Source: Polyangiales bacterium (GTDB taxonomy: Bacteria > Myxococcota_A > Polyangia > Polyangiales > Polyangiaceae). From it: 64,000 nt of DNA. Shown in pieces: positions 28,626-38,090 of the stretch; position 1 is the stretch's first letter; each line of letters opens with the position of its first letter. The translations under genes were made by a program, and so were the position numbers. The stretch spans positions 21,042 to 85,041 of the forward strand of contig JBBRLQ010000032.1 of assembly GCA_038231275.1 (NCBI GenBank), in the 5' to 3' direction. Below the pieces are notes generated by a model, which worked only from the letters and a program-made list of their open reading frames with translations, did not search any database and was not told the DNA's origin.

Positions 28626-29140
28626 ATGCTCTCTCTCGCGGTCGTCGGACGGACGGCCATCTTCTCCTCGCAGCTCCCCGTCGGTCGTCCGGTCTGCCTC
28701 GGCCGCGGCGAGCAGTGCGACATTCGGATCGATGACCGCCGCGTCTCACGGGCCCACGCATGCGTCGTGCAGCGCGGCGATCGCGTCGAGACGTCGACAT
28801 AGGGAGCGCCAACGGAACGTTCCGCGACGGGACCCGTCTCCCTCCGGGTGAAGCGATCCAGCTCGTCGTGGGCGACACCGTCACCCTCGGCGCGACGATC
28901 CTCATCCTGGAGGAGGCGCACGAGCCGCTCCGCTCGATTTGGAGCGAGGAGGAGCTCGTCACCCACTACGACGGACTGCGTCGCGCCGCGCAGGATACCG
29001 GTTGGCCGTTCGCGCTCGTCCACCTCTCGATCGACGCGCCCGAGGCATGGAGCTCCGACGCGACGCCGCGAAGCAGCGAGGATCTCGTTCGGGCGCGCAG
29101 GGCCTTCGGCCGGGCGATCAGCCGCCGGGCTTCAACATGA
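28626..29140 (+). pseudogene. Frameshifted, truncated FHA-domain gene
   Basis: Frame 1 reads CLGRGEQCDIRIDDRRVSRAHA and stops at TAG 28800-28802. The shifted frame continues VDIGSANGTFRDG...GDTVTLG. A 1-nt deletion near 28791 would explain this. Confidence 0.8.
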
Positions 29141-30932
29141 GCGCGCGGACGTGCCGCAGCGAGGGTGACCCGAAGCCGAGGAGCTTGTCGTGGTACGCGC
29201 GCTCGGTGAATCCCGGCGATTTCTCGAGCTGCGCGCGCAGCTTCGCGAGCTCCGTGAAGCCGTAGAAGTAGGTCGTCAGCTGCCCGCTCGTGAGGCGCGC
29301 GCGCCGCCACTTGCCGACCGCCTCGCCCTCCTCTTGGTAGGCCTCGTCGGTCATCAGCGCGAGGGCCTCCTTCTCCGTCATCTTGCCGGCGTGGATGTCG
29401 TGGTCGAGGATCGCGTTCGCGCACAGGCGCAGCATCATCTTCTGACGTTGGATCCGCACGCGGGGGCCGCCGAAGCCGTACTTGGCCATGAGCCATTCCG
29501 CGTACACCGCCCAGCCTTCCACGAACGGACCGCTCGCGAAGAGCGCGCGCAGATCGCTCTTGCTCTTGTTCGCGTGCATCGCCTGAAGGTAGTGGCCGGG
29601 CATCGCCTCGTGGACCGTGAGGTCGGCGAGCATGCTGCTGTTGTATTCGCGGTAGAAGGACAGCGCGCGCTTCTCGCTCCAATCGCGCGGCGTCGGCGAG
29701 ATCGCGTAGACCGACCACGCCTTTTGCTCCAAGGGCCCACTCGAATCGCAGTACGCGACGGTCACGCCGCGGCGGTACTCCGGCATCTCGATGACCTGAC
29801 AGGGCTCTTCGGGCAGGCGGACGAGATCATGCTCGCGGACGAACGCGGTGGCGCGATCGAGCTCGGTCTTCGCGTCTTTGAGGATCGTCTTGTTGGTGGG
29901 GCGATCGGCGGCGAGAGCGTCGAGCACGGCACGAATTAGCTTCTTTTTCCCCTCGGTCGTGGTCGGGCGCGGCGCCGTCGACTTCAGCACGGTGGGCGAA
30001 AGCTCCATCGCCGTGTCGATCATCTCCTCCTGCGTCCGCGCCAGCGCCTCGCGCGCCGTCTTGGCGAGGTCGTCGATGGCGACGTCGTCGTCGAGCTCGA
30101 AGCGCATCGTCGTCGTAAGGAGATCGCGGCCCACGCGGAAATCGCCGTCGCTCCGCGGCAGCAAATCCTTCTCGAGGAACGTCTGGAAGTCACGGAGCGC
30201 CGCCGCCGCCGTCTTCGCCGCGGCCTCGAGCTCCGCCTTCAGTGCCGGCTCCTTCGCCACGTCCTCCGCCAGCCCCTTCTCACACGTCTCGATGAGCCCC
30301 TTGTTCTGCTGGATGGCCGTCTCGGTGTGCACGCGCGGCGCGTGCGCGAGGCGCTTCTTCGCGACCTGGACGATCGCCGGGATCCCTGCGAGGCGAGCAC
30401 GCAAGCTCCGCATCCGGACATCGTGCGGCGCGAAGTCGCGCGTGAGGAGGACGTCGAGCCCGTCGCCGACGAGCCCGGTATAAAAGAGCGGGTTCTTGTC
30501 GGCGGGACGAAGCTCCGTCAGCGTGAACTTCGCGTAGTCGAGCTGGTGCTCGAGGATCCGTGCGTCGATGCGGTCCTTGTCGTCGAGGCGATCTTTGGCG
30601 AGGCGCGCGAGCTCGGCGCGGGTCGCGTCGTAGAAGGCGAGCGCCTCGGCGTCGCCCGCGGCGCTGACGTCCGGCCACGCGCCGTCGTACGCATGGTTGC
30701 CCGCGTTCGTGGCGAGGGTCGGCGCGCGCTTCAGGTAGCCCTCGAGGAACCGCGCGGCGATCGGCGCGAACGGGCTCTCGGCGGTGGACGACGCGGCGCT
30801 GGCGTCGGGAAGCGCGGCAAGAGGGGTAGACGCGGTCGGCGCGACGCTGGGGACGGCCACCGGCGGCGGAGCGGACGGCGAGCAGGCGAGGAGAACAGAG
30901 GCGATCGCGAGGCCAGCGGTGCGGAAGCGCAT
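29118..30932 (-). CDS. DUF885 family lipoprotein (putative metallopeptidase fold)
   Basis: Lipobox LLAC; HEAMPGHYLQ, FVEGWAVYAE and GQLTTYFYG motifs. Confidence 0.92.
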   Translation of the reverse strand: MRFRTAGLAIASVLLACSPSAPPPVAVPSVAPTASTPLAALPDASAASSTAESPFAPIAARFLEGYLKRAPTLATNAGNHAYDGAWPDVSAAGDAEALAFYDATRAELARLAKDRLDDKDRIDARILEHQLDYAKFTLTELRPADKNPLFYTGLVGDGLDVLLTRDFAPHDVRMRSLRARLAGIPAIVQVAKKRLAHAPRVHTETAIQQNKGLIETCEKGLAEDVAKEPALKAELEAAAKTAAAALRDFQTFLEKDLLPRSDGDFRVGRDLLTTTMRFELDDDVAIDDLAKTAREALARTQEEMIDTAMELSPTVLKSTAPRPTTTEGKKKLIRAVLDALAADRPTNKTILKDAKTELDRATAFVREHDLVRLPEEPCQVIEMPEYRRGVTVAYCDSSGPLEQKAWSVYAISPTPRDWSEKRALSFYREYNSSMLADLTVHEAMPGHYLQAMHANKSKSDLRALFASGPFVEGWAVYAEWLMAKYGFGGPRVRIQRQKMMLRLCANAILDHDIHAGKMTEKEALALMTDEAYQEEGEAVGKWRRARLTSGQLTTYFYGFTELAKLRAQLEKSPGFTERAYHDKLLGFGSPSLRHVRALMLKPGG

Positions 30933-31004
30933 GCCGCTCTCTACCATCGGCGTCCGCCGCGTTCGAGCGGTGATCGCGACGTCCGCGGCGTTCGCGGACG
31001 TCGA

Positions 31005-32210
31005 TTACTTCTTTGCGGGGATCGCGACGTCGCCCGGGTGCCCGCCGGCGACGAACGCGCGGCCGGCGCCGTCGCCGCGCAGCTCGCCCATGAAGAACGC
31101 GGCGGCGTACGAGGCAGCGACGCCGCGCGCGCCCTCGTTGTCGAGGTAGTTGACGTCAGACGAGGGGTCCGTCTGCCGTCGTCCGCGGCCGCAGCCGGGC
31201 GTGAAGGACGGATTCAATCCGCAGACGTCGGAGAAGCTCCAGTGCCCGGCGTCGACGATCTCGACCAAGAAGTCCGCGGCGCCGATCGACGTGAAGTCGT
31301 TGCGCACCAGCGCGTTGCCGATCTCGCCGATCGAGTTGTCCTCGCGCGCGAGCAGGAAGAACGTGGGCACCTTGATGTCGGCGAGCTTGGTGTCGCCGAG
31401 GAAATCGAACGGCGCGGTCATCGCGAAACCAGCGCGAAAACGGCCGTCTTTCGCGAGGACAGCGCCGGTGGTCACGCTCCCGAAGGAGTGCCCCATCATG
31501 CCCACCTTCGCGCCGTCGAAGCGCCCGCGCAGGCTCTCCGGCACGCTCGTCGACGCGGCGTCGAGGACCGCGTCGAGGACGAAGCGCACGTCGCCGACGC
31601 GGACGCCGAGGGTCGTCGCGTCGAGGCCGAGCAGCTTGCCGGCGAGGTCGTCGTAGAGCGTGTTGCCGGTGTGATCGGGCGCGACGACGACGAAGCCGTG
31701 GCTGGCGAGGCGCTCGGCGATCTCCGCGGCGGAGAAGCGGACGCACGCGTGGCAGTGAGAGAAGACGACCACCGGGAACGGCGCAGCGCCGGCCGGCTTC
31801 GCGTCCGCGGCCGAGTGAACGACCTTGCGCGTGCAGGTGACCGGGGCGGCGTCGACCAGCTTCTTCAGCGCGTCGTGGTTCGCTCCCGCCGGCTCCAGAT
31901 CTTCGAGCGGCGTCCCCATCGTCGCCGCCGCGCGGGCGGATTCGTCGGCCGGGTACCAGACCTCGACGCGCAGCGAACGGGCGCGCGCGGCGTCGGTGAG
32001 CGCGAACGCGGTGTGCCCGACGGGGGCGGGGCCGGCGCTCTCGTAGATCGACGCGCCCGGGGTCACGGTCTTGGCGGGCGCGATCGCGTCGGCGTCGTCG
32101 CCGCCTGCCCCAGCGTCGGTCGTCGCCCCGCCGCTCGACGACGACGTGCTGCATGACAGCATCATCGCGACCGCGAGCACGACCGCCGCCGCACCAAGAG
32201 CGCGCGCCAT
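31005..32210 (-). CDS. Alpha/beta-hydrolase lipoprotein (dienelactone hydrolase/PAF-AH/chlorophyllase-like)
   Basis: Lipobox MLSC; VEVWYP, FPVVVFSH, LASHGFVVVAPDH, GHSFG and AGHWSFSD motifs. Confidence 0.88.
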   Translation of the reverse strand: MARALGAAAVVLAVAMMLSCSTSSSSGGATTDAGAGGDDADAIAPAKTVTPGASIYESAGPAPVGHTAFALTDAARARSLRVEVWYPADESARAAATMGTPLEDLEPAGANHDALKKLVDAAPVTCTRKVVHSAADAKPAGAAPFPVVVFSHCHACVRFSAAEIAERLASHGFVVVAPDHTGNTLYDDLAGKLLGLDATTLGVRVGDVRFVLDAVLDAASTSVPESLRGRFDGAKVGMMGHSFGSVTTGAVLAKDGRFRAGFAMTAPFDFLGDTKLADIKVPTFFLLAREDNSIGEIGNALVRNDFTSIGAADFLVEIVDAGHWSFSDVCGLNPSFTPGCGRGRRQTDPSSDVNYLDNEGARGVAASYAAAFFMGELRGDGAGRAFVAGGHPGDVAIPAKK

Positions 32211-32270
32211 TGCTGGGCACTCTACATTGCCCCATTGGCCGCGGGGAAGCCTGCAGGCTACACTTTGTCG

Positions 32271-32453
32271 ATGAGCGCTCGGAACCTCGCCGATCCCGCG
32301 TACGAGCCTTCCGATGAAGATTTGGCGGAGCTGATGCACAAGGCGTTCGCCGAGGTGGGCGCACGGAACGCGGCGTCGCTCGCCAAGCTCCGGGTGGAGA
32401 TTGAGGCGGCGCGCGCGGAGGCGCTACGGGTGTGGGCCAAGGCGCACCCGTGA
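32271..32453 (+). CDS. Small helical protein, candidate antitoxin
   Basis: 60 aa, EPSDEDLAELM; GTGA overlap with the downstream P-loop gene. Confidence 0.6.
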   Translation: MSARNLADPAYEPSDEDLAELMHKAFAEVGARNAASLAKLRVEIEAARAEALRVWAKAHP

Positions 32454-33073
32454 AACCGACGCTGCTCGTCGTGGCCGGTCCAAACGGCTCCGGCAAGACC
32501 ACGGTGACGGTTCGGTTGCGGCAGGATTGCTGGAGCGACGACGTCGAGTACCTGAACCCCGACGAGATCGCGCAGGAGCGCTTCGGGGACTGGAACTCAC
32601 CCCAAGCCGTGCTCTCCGCGGCGAGATGGGCGGAGGAACGACGCGAAGCGTTGCTCGCGGCGGGTCGCGGGATCGCGTTCGAGACGGTTCTCTCCGCGCC
32701 GGACAAGTTGGAGTTCATCGCGCGCGCAAGGGCGCTCGGCTACTTCGTTCGCGTGTTCTTCATCGGAACGGAGGACCCTCGGATCAACGCCGCGCGCGTC
32801 GCGGGTCGCGTGATCGCCGGTGGTCACACGGTGCCGATCGAGAAGATCGTGAGCCGCTATGGTCGGTCGATGGCGAACGCGTCCATCGCGATCCGAATAT
32901 CCGACCGCGTGTACCTGTTCGACAACTCGATTGACGGCGCCGACGCGGTGTTGTGTGCGCGCACCGAAGACGGACTGGTTCGAAGGGTCTACGCCCCGCT
33001 GCCAGCGTGGGTGTCCGCGGCATTGCACGGGATCCCCCGGCATTCCCGCTTCGTCGACCTTCGCAGCGCCTGA
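32450..33073 (+). CDS. Zeta-toxin-like/AAA_33 P-loop kinase
   Basis: VVAGPNGSGKTT, YLNPDEIA, FETVLS, RVIAGGHTVP...IVSRY and LFDNS motifs. Confidence 0.85.
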   Translation: MKPTLLVVAGPNGSGKTTVTVRLRQDCWSDDVEYLNPDEIAQERFGDWNSPQAVLSAARWAEERREALLAAGRGIAFETVLSAPDKLEFIARARALGYFVRVFFIGTEDPRINAARVAGRVIAGGHTVPIEKIVSRYGRSMANASIAIRISDRVYLFDNSIDGADAVLCARTEDGLVRRVYAPLPAWVSAALHGIPRHSRFVDLRSA

Positions 33074-33093
33074 CGCCGCACGACTGAGCGTGG

Positions 33094-34194
33094 TCAGCGC
33101 GGCTCCAACAGCCGCGCCAGGGTCGGCGCGTAAAAGCCCCAGAAGAATCCCTCGTCGCCCGTGCTCCCGCCCCCGCATCCGGTCGTTCGCTGCTTGGTTG
33201 CGATCACCCCGGCGCGCTCCGGGCTGCCGAGGTCGATCGCGTTGTCGACGAAGTCCCCGGCGAAGTAGTAGGTGCCCGCGTTCTTCACCAGCGCTGGGAA
33301 CCGGCGGGGGATGCCATGCGCGGCGAGCTTGGCCGCGCCCCGCTCGGTGACGCCGAGAACGTGATCCACCAGGACCTCACCCCCTTGGACCTCGACGATG
33401 TCCATCCAGAACCAGAAGGCGCCGCGCTCGGGAAGGCCCAGCGCGGCCCCCGCGGGGGTGCGAACCTGCGCAACGACCTCGGCGGTCAGGTCTTCGGGGC
33501 GGAGGACCACCATGTCCACGTCGTCGCGCACGAACACGAGCCCCGGACCGGTGAAGGCGAACGGCGCGCCTGTCACCCGCTCGAAGACCCGGCCGACCCA
33601 GCGCGGCACCTCGTCGGGGTCCTCGAGGCTGGGCCAATAGCGCGCGACCCATTTGGTCCAGCGCACGCCGAAGAGCTTCTGCAGTCGCGCGCGGGCGTCG
33701 TCGCCGGTGGGTGAGGCGAACGTGTTGAACTCGGCGAAGACGAGGCCGCCTCTCGCCACGAACCCCTCGATCGCGGCCGCCTCGTCTACGCTCATGCCCC
33801 CATAGATCTTGGGCGACCGCTCCAGGGCGGCGATGTCGCCGCGCCGTTCGTAGTCGCCGACGTAGACGCCGTACGTGTCGGTGACGAACAGGACGTCGGC
33901 GCGCGCGAGGCGAGCAGCCGTCAGGTCGAGCCCCTTCTTCGTTTCTGGATCGAAGCCGACGTAGTCGCGCGCGGGGTCCAGGAAGTCGCCGCGCGGCGTT
34001 CGGATGCTCAGCGCGTGCAAGATCCACGGGATCGCCGCGTGCTCGCGGTAGTTCCGAAATGGCACCGTCTTGTCTACGATGACGACGTCGAGCGTGCGTG
34101 AAGTCGTGAGCCGCCAGGCGACGTGAGGACCGAAGAGCACGAGCAGCACGGCCGCGAGGGCGACCCCGATCTTGGCCCAACGCGCGCGCGGCAT
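33094..34194 (-). CDS. Membrane-anchored protein of unknown function
   Basis: N-terminal TM segment; globular motifs DKTVP..YREH, DTYGVY and AEFNTFASPT; GC3 bias. Confidence 0.75.
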   Translation of the reverse strand: MPRARWAKIGVALAAVLLVLFGPHVAWRLTTSRTLDVVIVDKTVPFRNYREHAAIPWILHALSIRTPRGDFLDPARDYVGFDPETKKGLDLTAARLARADVLFVTDTYGVYVGDYERRGDIAALERSPKIYGGMSVDEAAAIEGFVARGGLVFAEFNTFASPTGDDARARLQKLFGVRWTKWVARYWPSLEDPDEVPRWVGRVFERVTGAPFAFTGPGLVFVRDDVDMVVLRPEDLTAEVVAQVRTPAGAALGLPERGAFWFWMDIVEVQGGEVLVDHVLGVTERGAAKLAAHGIPRRFPALVKNAGTYYFAGDFVDNAIDLGSPERAGVIATKQRTTGCGGGSTGDEGFFWGFYAPTLARLLEPR

Positions 34195-34462
34195 TCACGC
34201 GGAGCGTAGGAGGCTCCGCTGCCCGGGTACATGGCGTCGTCCCGGTGTCGTCTGTCGCCGTCGCTGGCCCGACCACAGCATGTGGGTGTATTTCCTACTT
34301 GTGTCCCCCCTCTAGCGGTGCGATGTCGCGACCCGCGCAGGTGTTCGGTCGCCAGGGGGCGGAGCCGCCGCGTTGCGCGTGGACTCTTCATCCGCCTCGA
34401 GTAGGTTGCTTCGAGGGAGAAACCACGGGTGTGCGCGAAAGCGGCACACCCGTGGCTGGAAC

Positions 34463-35908
34463 GTGCAATCTACACACTTCGACGTCCTGATCGTAGGCGC
34501 CGGTCTCTCCGGCATCGGCGCCGCGTACCACCTCCAGACGAAGTGCCCGGGCAAGTCGTACGCGATCCTCGAGGGGCGCGAGAGCCTGGGGGGCACGTGG
34601 GATTTGTTCCGCTACCCGGGCATCCGCTCCGACTCGGACATGTACACGCTCGGCTACTCGTTCCGCCCGTGGACCGACGCCAGGGCGATCGCCGACGGTC
34701 CCTCCATCCTCGCGTACGTGAAGGACACGGCGGAGGCGTTCGGCATCGATCGCAAGATCCGCTACCGCCACCGCGTCGTGCGCGCGTCGTGGTCCTCGTC
34801 GGACGCGCTGTGGACGGTCGAGGCGAACGTGGGCGACGAGCACGCGCGCTTCACCTGCCGCTTCCTCTTCATGTGCGCGGGGTACTACGACTACGACGCC
34901 GGCTACACGCCGGACTTCCCGGGCATGGACCGCTATCGCGGACGCGTCGTTCATCCACAGAAATGGACCAAAGACGTCGACTACGAGGGCAAGCGCGTGG
35001 TCGTCATCGGCAGCGGCGCCACCGCGGTCACCCTCGTCCCCGAGCTCGCCAAGCGCGCCGCGCACGTCACGATGCTCCAGCGCTCGCCGTCGTACGTCGT
35101 CACCGTCCCTGAGCGCGACGCTATCGCGAACTGGATGCGCGCCAAGCTCCCCTCCAGCGCCGCGTACGCCGGCGCGCGCTGGAAGAACGTGCTCCTCGGC
35201 ATGGCCTTCTACGCGTACTGCCGCCGGTTCCCCAAGCACGCCAAGCGCCTCGTCGTCGGCGGGGTGAAGAAGGCGCTGCGCGGGAGCAGCGACGCGGCTC
35301 ACTTCACACCTTCCTACAAACCGTGGGACCAGCGCCTCTGCTTCGTGCCCGACGGAGATCTCTTCGAGGCGCTGCGAAACGGAAGCGCCTCGGTCGTGAC
35401 GGACCACATCGCGTCGTTCACCGAGACGGGCCTGCGCCTGCGATCGGGCGAGGAGCTCCCCGCGGATCTCGTCGTGACGGCGACCGGGTTGCAGCTGAAA
35501 TTCCTTGGAGGAATGGAGCTCGAGGTCGACGGCGCGCGCGTCGATCCGTCCACGCTGATGACCTACAAGGGGATCATGTGCAGCGACGTGCCGAACATGG
35601 CCTTCGCCATCGGCTACACGAACGCGTCGTGGACGCTGAAGTGCGATCTCACGAGCGAGTACGTCTGCCGGCTCCTTCGTCACATGGACGCGCGCGGCTA
35701 CCGTGAGGTGTGCCCGCGCCGGAACGATCCGAGCGTGACGGAGGAGCCGCTCCTCGATTTTTCGTCGGGCTACGTGCTGCGCGCGCTCGTGCGGCTGCCG
35801 AAGCAGGGGTCGGTGCCCCCGTGGAAGCTCTACCAAAATTACGCCGTCGATCGCTTTCTCCTTCGGCACGCGAAGATCGAAGACCGCGCGTTGGAGTTCC
35901 GCGCGTAG
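34463..35908 (+). CDS. Flavin-containing Baeyer-Villiger-type monooxygenase (EthA/AlmA-like)
   Basis: GAGLSG, GGTWDLFRYPGIRSDSD, HPQKW, GSGATA, QRSPSY and ATG motifs. Confidence 0.93.
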   Translation: MQSTHFDVLIVGAGLSGIGAAYHLQTKCPGKSYAILEGRESLGGTWDLFRYPGIRSDSDMYTLGYSFRPWTDARAIADGPSILAYVKDTAEAFGIDRKIRYRHRVVRASWSSSDALWTVEANVGDEHARFTCRFLFMCAGYYDYDAGYTPDFPGMDRYRGRVVHPQKWTKDVDYEGKRVVVIGSGATAVTLVPELAKRAAHVTMLQRSPSYVVTVPERDAIANWMRAKLPSSAAYAGARWKNVLLGMAFYAYCRRFPKHAKRLVVGGVKKALRGSSDAAHFTPSYKPWDQRLCFVPDGDLFEALRNGSASVVTDHIASFTETGLRLRSGEELPADLVVTATGLQLKFLGGMELEVDGARVDPSTLMTYKGIMCSDVPNMAFAIGYTNASWTLKCDLTSEYVCRLLRHMDARGYREVCPRRNDPSVTEEPLLDFSSGYVLRALVRLPKQGSVPPWKLYQNYAVDRFLLRHAKIEDRALEFRA

Positions 35909-36052
35909 CCGGATCGAGCGCGGCCTCCGCATCATGTGTGGCGGCGATGCGGAATCGTACGCAGGGATCGTGGCACTTTGCGCCGCGATCGAGACGGCCC
36001 AGGGCATGCACTGGTCATGCGTAGCCGCGAAACTCGCCGCACAAAGGACCCC

Positions 36053-37102
36053 ATGACCGCTCGAACGTCCCATGCCTCGCTCCGGTCGCTTGCTCTCCCC
36101 GCGCTGACCGCGCTCGCCGTTCTTCCCTTCGCGTGCGCCGAGACGCCGGTGGACGGCGCGGGAACGACGCGCGCGGGTCTCGGCGAGAGCGCGCCGTCGC
36201 TCGGCGTGGCCGCGACCTTCGCCGTCCTCGCGGGCACCACGGTGACGAACACCGGTCCCACGAACGTCGGCGGTGACCTCGGCGTCCAGCCGGGCCTCGC
36301 GATCACCGGATTTCCGCCGGGGATCGTGAGCGGCGGGACGGTGCACGCCGGCGACGCGGTCGCCCTCCAGGCGCAGAGCGACGTGACCACCGCGTACGGC
36401 GTCCTCGCGGGCGAGCCGTGCAGCGCCGATCTGACGGGCACCGATCTCGGCGGGCTCACGCTGGTGCCGGGCGTCTACTGCTTCACATCGTCGGCGCAGC
36501 TCACCGGCACGCTCGTCCTCGACGCGCAGGGCCGCGCCGACGCGGTCTTCGTCTTCAAGACCGCCAGCACCCTCACGACGGCGAGCGCCGCGGCCGTCCG
36601 CGTCATCAACGGCGGGAACGACTGCGGCGTCTACTGGCAGGTCGGCAGCTCCGCGGTCCTCGGCACGGGCACGGCGTTCGCGGGGAGCATCCTCGCGCTG
36701 ACGAGCATCAGCCTCGCGACGGGCGCCAACATCTCCGGACGCGCGCTCGCACGCAACGGCGCCGTCACGATGGATTCGAACGCCGTCTCCCCGTCGCGCT
36801 GCGCCGCAGCTCCCGTCGATGCTGGCGTCGACGCTGCACCGGCCGACGCAGGAGCCGACGCGCGCGATTCTGCCGTCGCCGACACCGGCGTGATCGACAC
36901 CGGTGTGATCGACGCGGGCCCCGACGTGATCGACGCGGGCCCCGACGTGGTCGACTCCGCGGCCGACGCCGCCGACGCGTGCTGCAACGGCACAACGTGC
37001 GGGAGCGCGTGCGTCGATCTCGCCACCGACTGCAACAACTGCGGCGCGTGCGGCGTCGTCTGCGCGGGAAACGCGACGTGTGTCGCGGGAACCTGCCACT
37101 GA
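36053..37102 (+). CDS. Ice-binding-like (DUF3494) lipoprotein with Cys-rich C-terminal module
   Basis: FAVLAGTTVTNTG, LGGLTLVPGVYCF, VYWQVGSSA and GRALARNGAVTMDSN motifs; CVDLATDCNNCGACG. Confidence 0.9.
   Translation: MTARTSHASLRSLALPALTALAVLPFACAETPVDGAGTTRAGLGESAPSLGVAATFAVLAGTTVTNTGPTNVGGDLGVQPGLAITGFPPGIVSGGTVHAGDAVALQAQSDVTTAYGVLAGEPCSADLTGTDLGGLTLVPGVYCFTSSAQLTGTLVLDAQGRADAVFVFKTASTLTTASAAAVRVINGGNDCGVYWQVGSSAVLGTGTAFAGSILALTSISLATGANISGRALARNGAVTMDSNAVSPSRCAAAPVDAGVDAAPADAGADARDSAVADTGVIDTGVIDAGPDVIDAGPDVVDSAADAADACCNGTTCGSACVDLATDCNNCGACGVVCAGNATCVAGTCH
36881..36955 (+). repeat. Coding tandem repeats in linker (2x15 bp then 2x21 bp)
   Basis: Encodes DTGVI-DTGVI-DAGPDVI-DAGPDVV. Confidence 0.8.
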
Positions 37103-37133
37103 TCTGAGATCTGAGGGAGGCCGCCGGCGGCGA

Positions 37134-37910
37134 CTACGCGGCCGGTGGCACGCAGATTCCTGCCTGCGGGTAGCACACCTTGTCCACGCAATAGTGTCCC
37201 CCACAGTCGGCGTCGGAGGCGCATGGCTTGGGACCGCACGTGTGGCTCGCGCCGCATGCGTAGTCGCCGGTGGTCGTGCTCGAGCACTCGCCGTCGCCCG
37301 TGCACGGCTTGGCCACGCAATGCCCCGCGGTGCACGCGAGGTTGGGCCCGCAGTCGTTCGCGCTGACGCACGCAGGGATGCACGAGCCGCTCTTGCCACC
37401 GGCCGGGCAGACGCACGGGCCTCCGGGGCCGCACACCATCGGCTTGGGGGGCGCCGCACCGTCGAGGGTGAGGCACTCGCTGTCGGTGCTGCACGGGTTC
37501 TGCGGGGCGATGCAGATGCCGCAGCCGCTGATCCGTCCCCCGGGGCTGCAGCTCAAAAACGATCCGCCGCTCGCGCTCGCGCATTCGGACTCGGAGCTAC
37601 AGACGATGGCGCCATCGGCGAGGCGCCGTGAGCCGTCCCGCGCGCCCGAATCTGTGATGCACGGGGGACCCATCGGCGTGATCGCCCACGTGCCGGTCTC
37701 GCATTGAACTCCGCTGTTGCAGCCGTAGAAGCATCGGAGCCCCTCGGAGGCGCAGCGGGTGCCCAGCGCTGGAACCGACGTCGGGCAATCGGGGGGGTTG
37801 GCGGCGTCCCCGCCTGCATCGGAGCCGAAGACGACGGCCGATCCACCGCTGCACGCGGCGACGAGCAGCCCTACCCACACCAGCATCCCTCCCAGCGCGA
37901 TTGGACGCAT
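37134..37910 (-). CDS. Cys-rich lipoprotein of unknown function
   Basis: MRPIALGGMLVWVGLLVAAC lipobox; repeated CxxDxDC modules. Confidence 0.8.
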   Translation of the reverse strand: MRPIALGGMLVWVGLLVAACSGGSAVVFGSDAGGDAANPPDCPTSVPALGTRCASEGLRCFYGCNSGVQCETGTWAITPMGPPCITDSGARDGSRRLADGAIVCSSESECASASGGSFLSCSPGGRISGCGICIAPQNPCSTDSECLTLDGAAPPKPMVCGPGGPCVCPAGGKSGSCIPACVSANDCGPNLACTAGHCVAKPCTGDGECSSTTTGDYACGASHTCGPKPCASDADCGGHYCVDKVCYPQAGICVPPAA

Positions 37911-38004
37911 CGTCACCCTCCGCGGCTCGTTGAGCAATTCCGATGCCTCTCCCTCGACCGCTCGGAGTTGCCTGGATTTCCGCGGGGATCGCACGGGTGA
38001 CAAG

Positions 38005-38030
38005 TTGTATTACAAATTTGTATTACAAAT
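38005..38030. promoter_or_regulatory. AT-rich tandem palindromic operator-like site
   Basis: Two perfect direct copies of TTGTATTACAAAT; central palindrome TACAAATTTGTA. Confidence 0.7.
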
Positions 38031-38090
38031 ACCATGATCGATGAGCCCGGGATTGGCACACGATGCCGGGGTCCCCAGTCGAACGCCCTT

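Noticed and set aside
36881..38030. Short repeats as a CRISPR array
   Set aside because: Only two copies each, no spacers and no cas genes.
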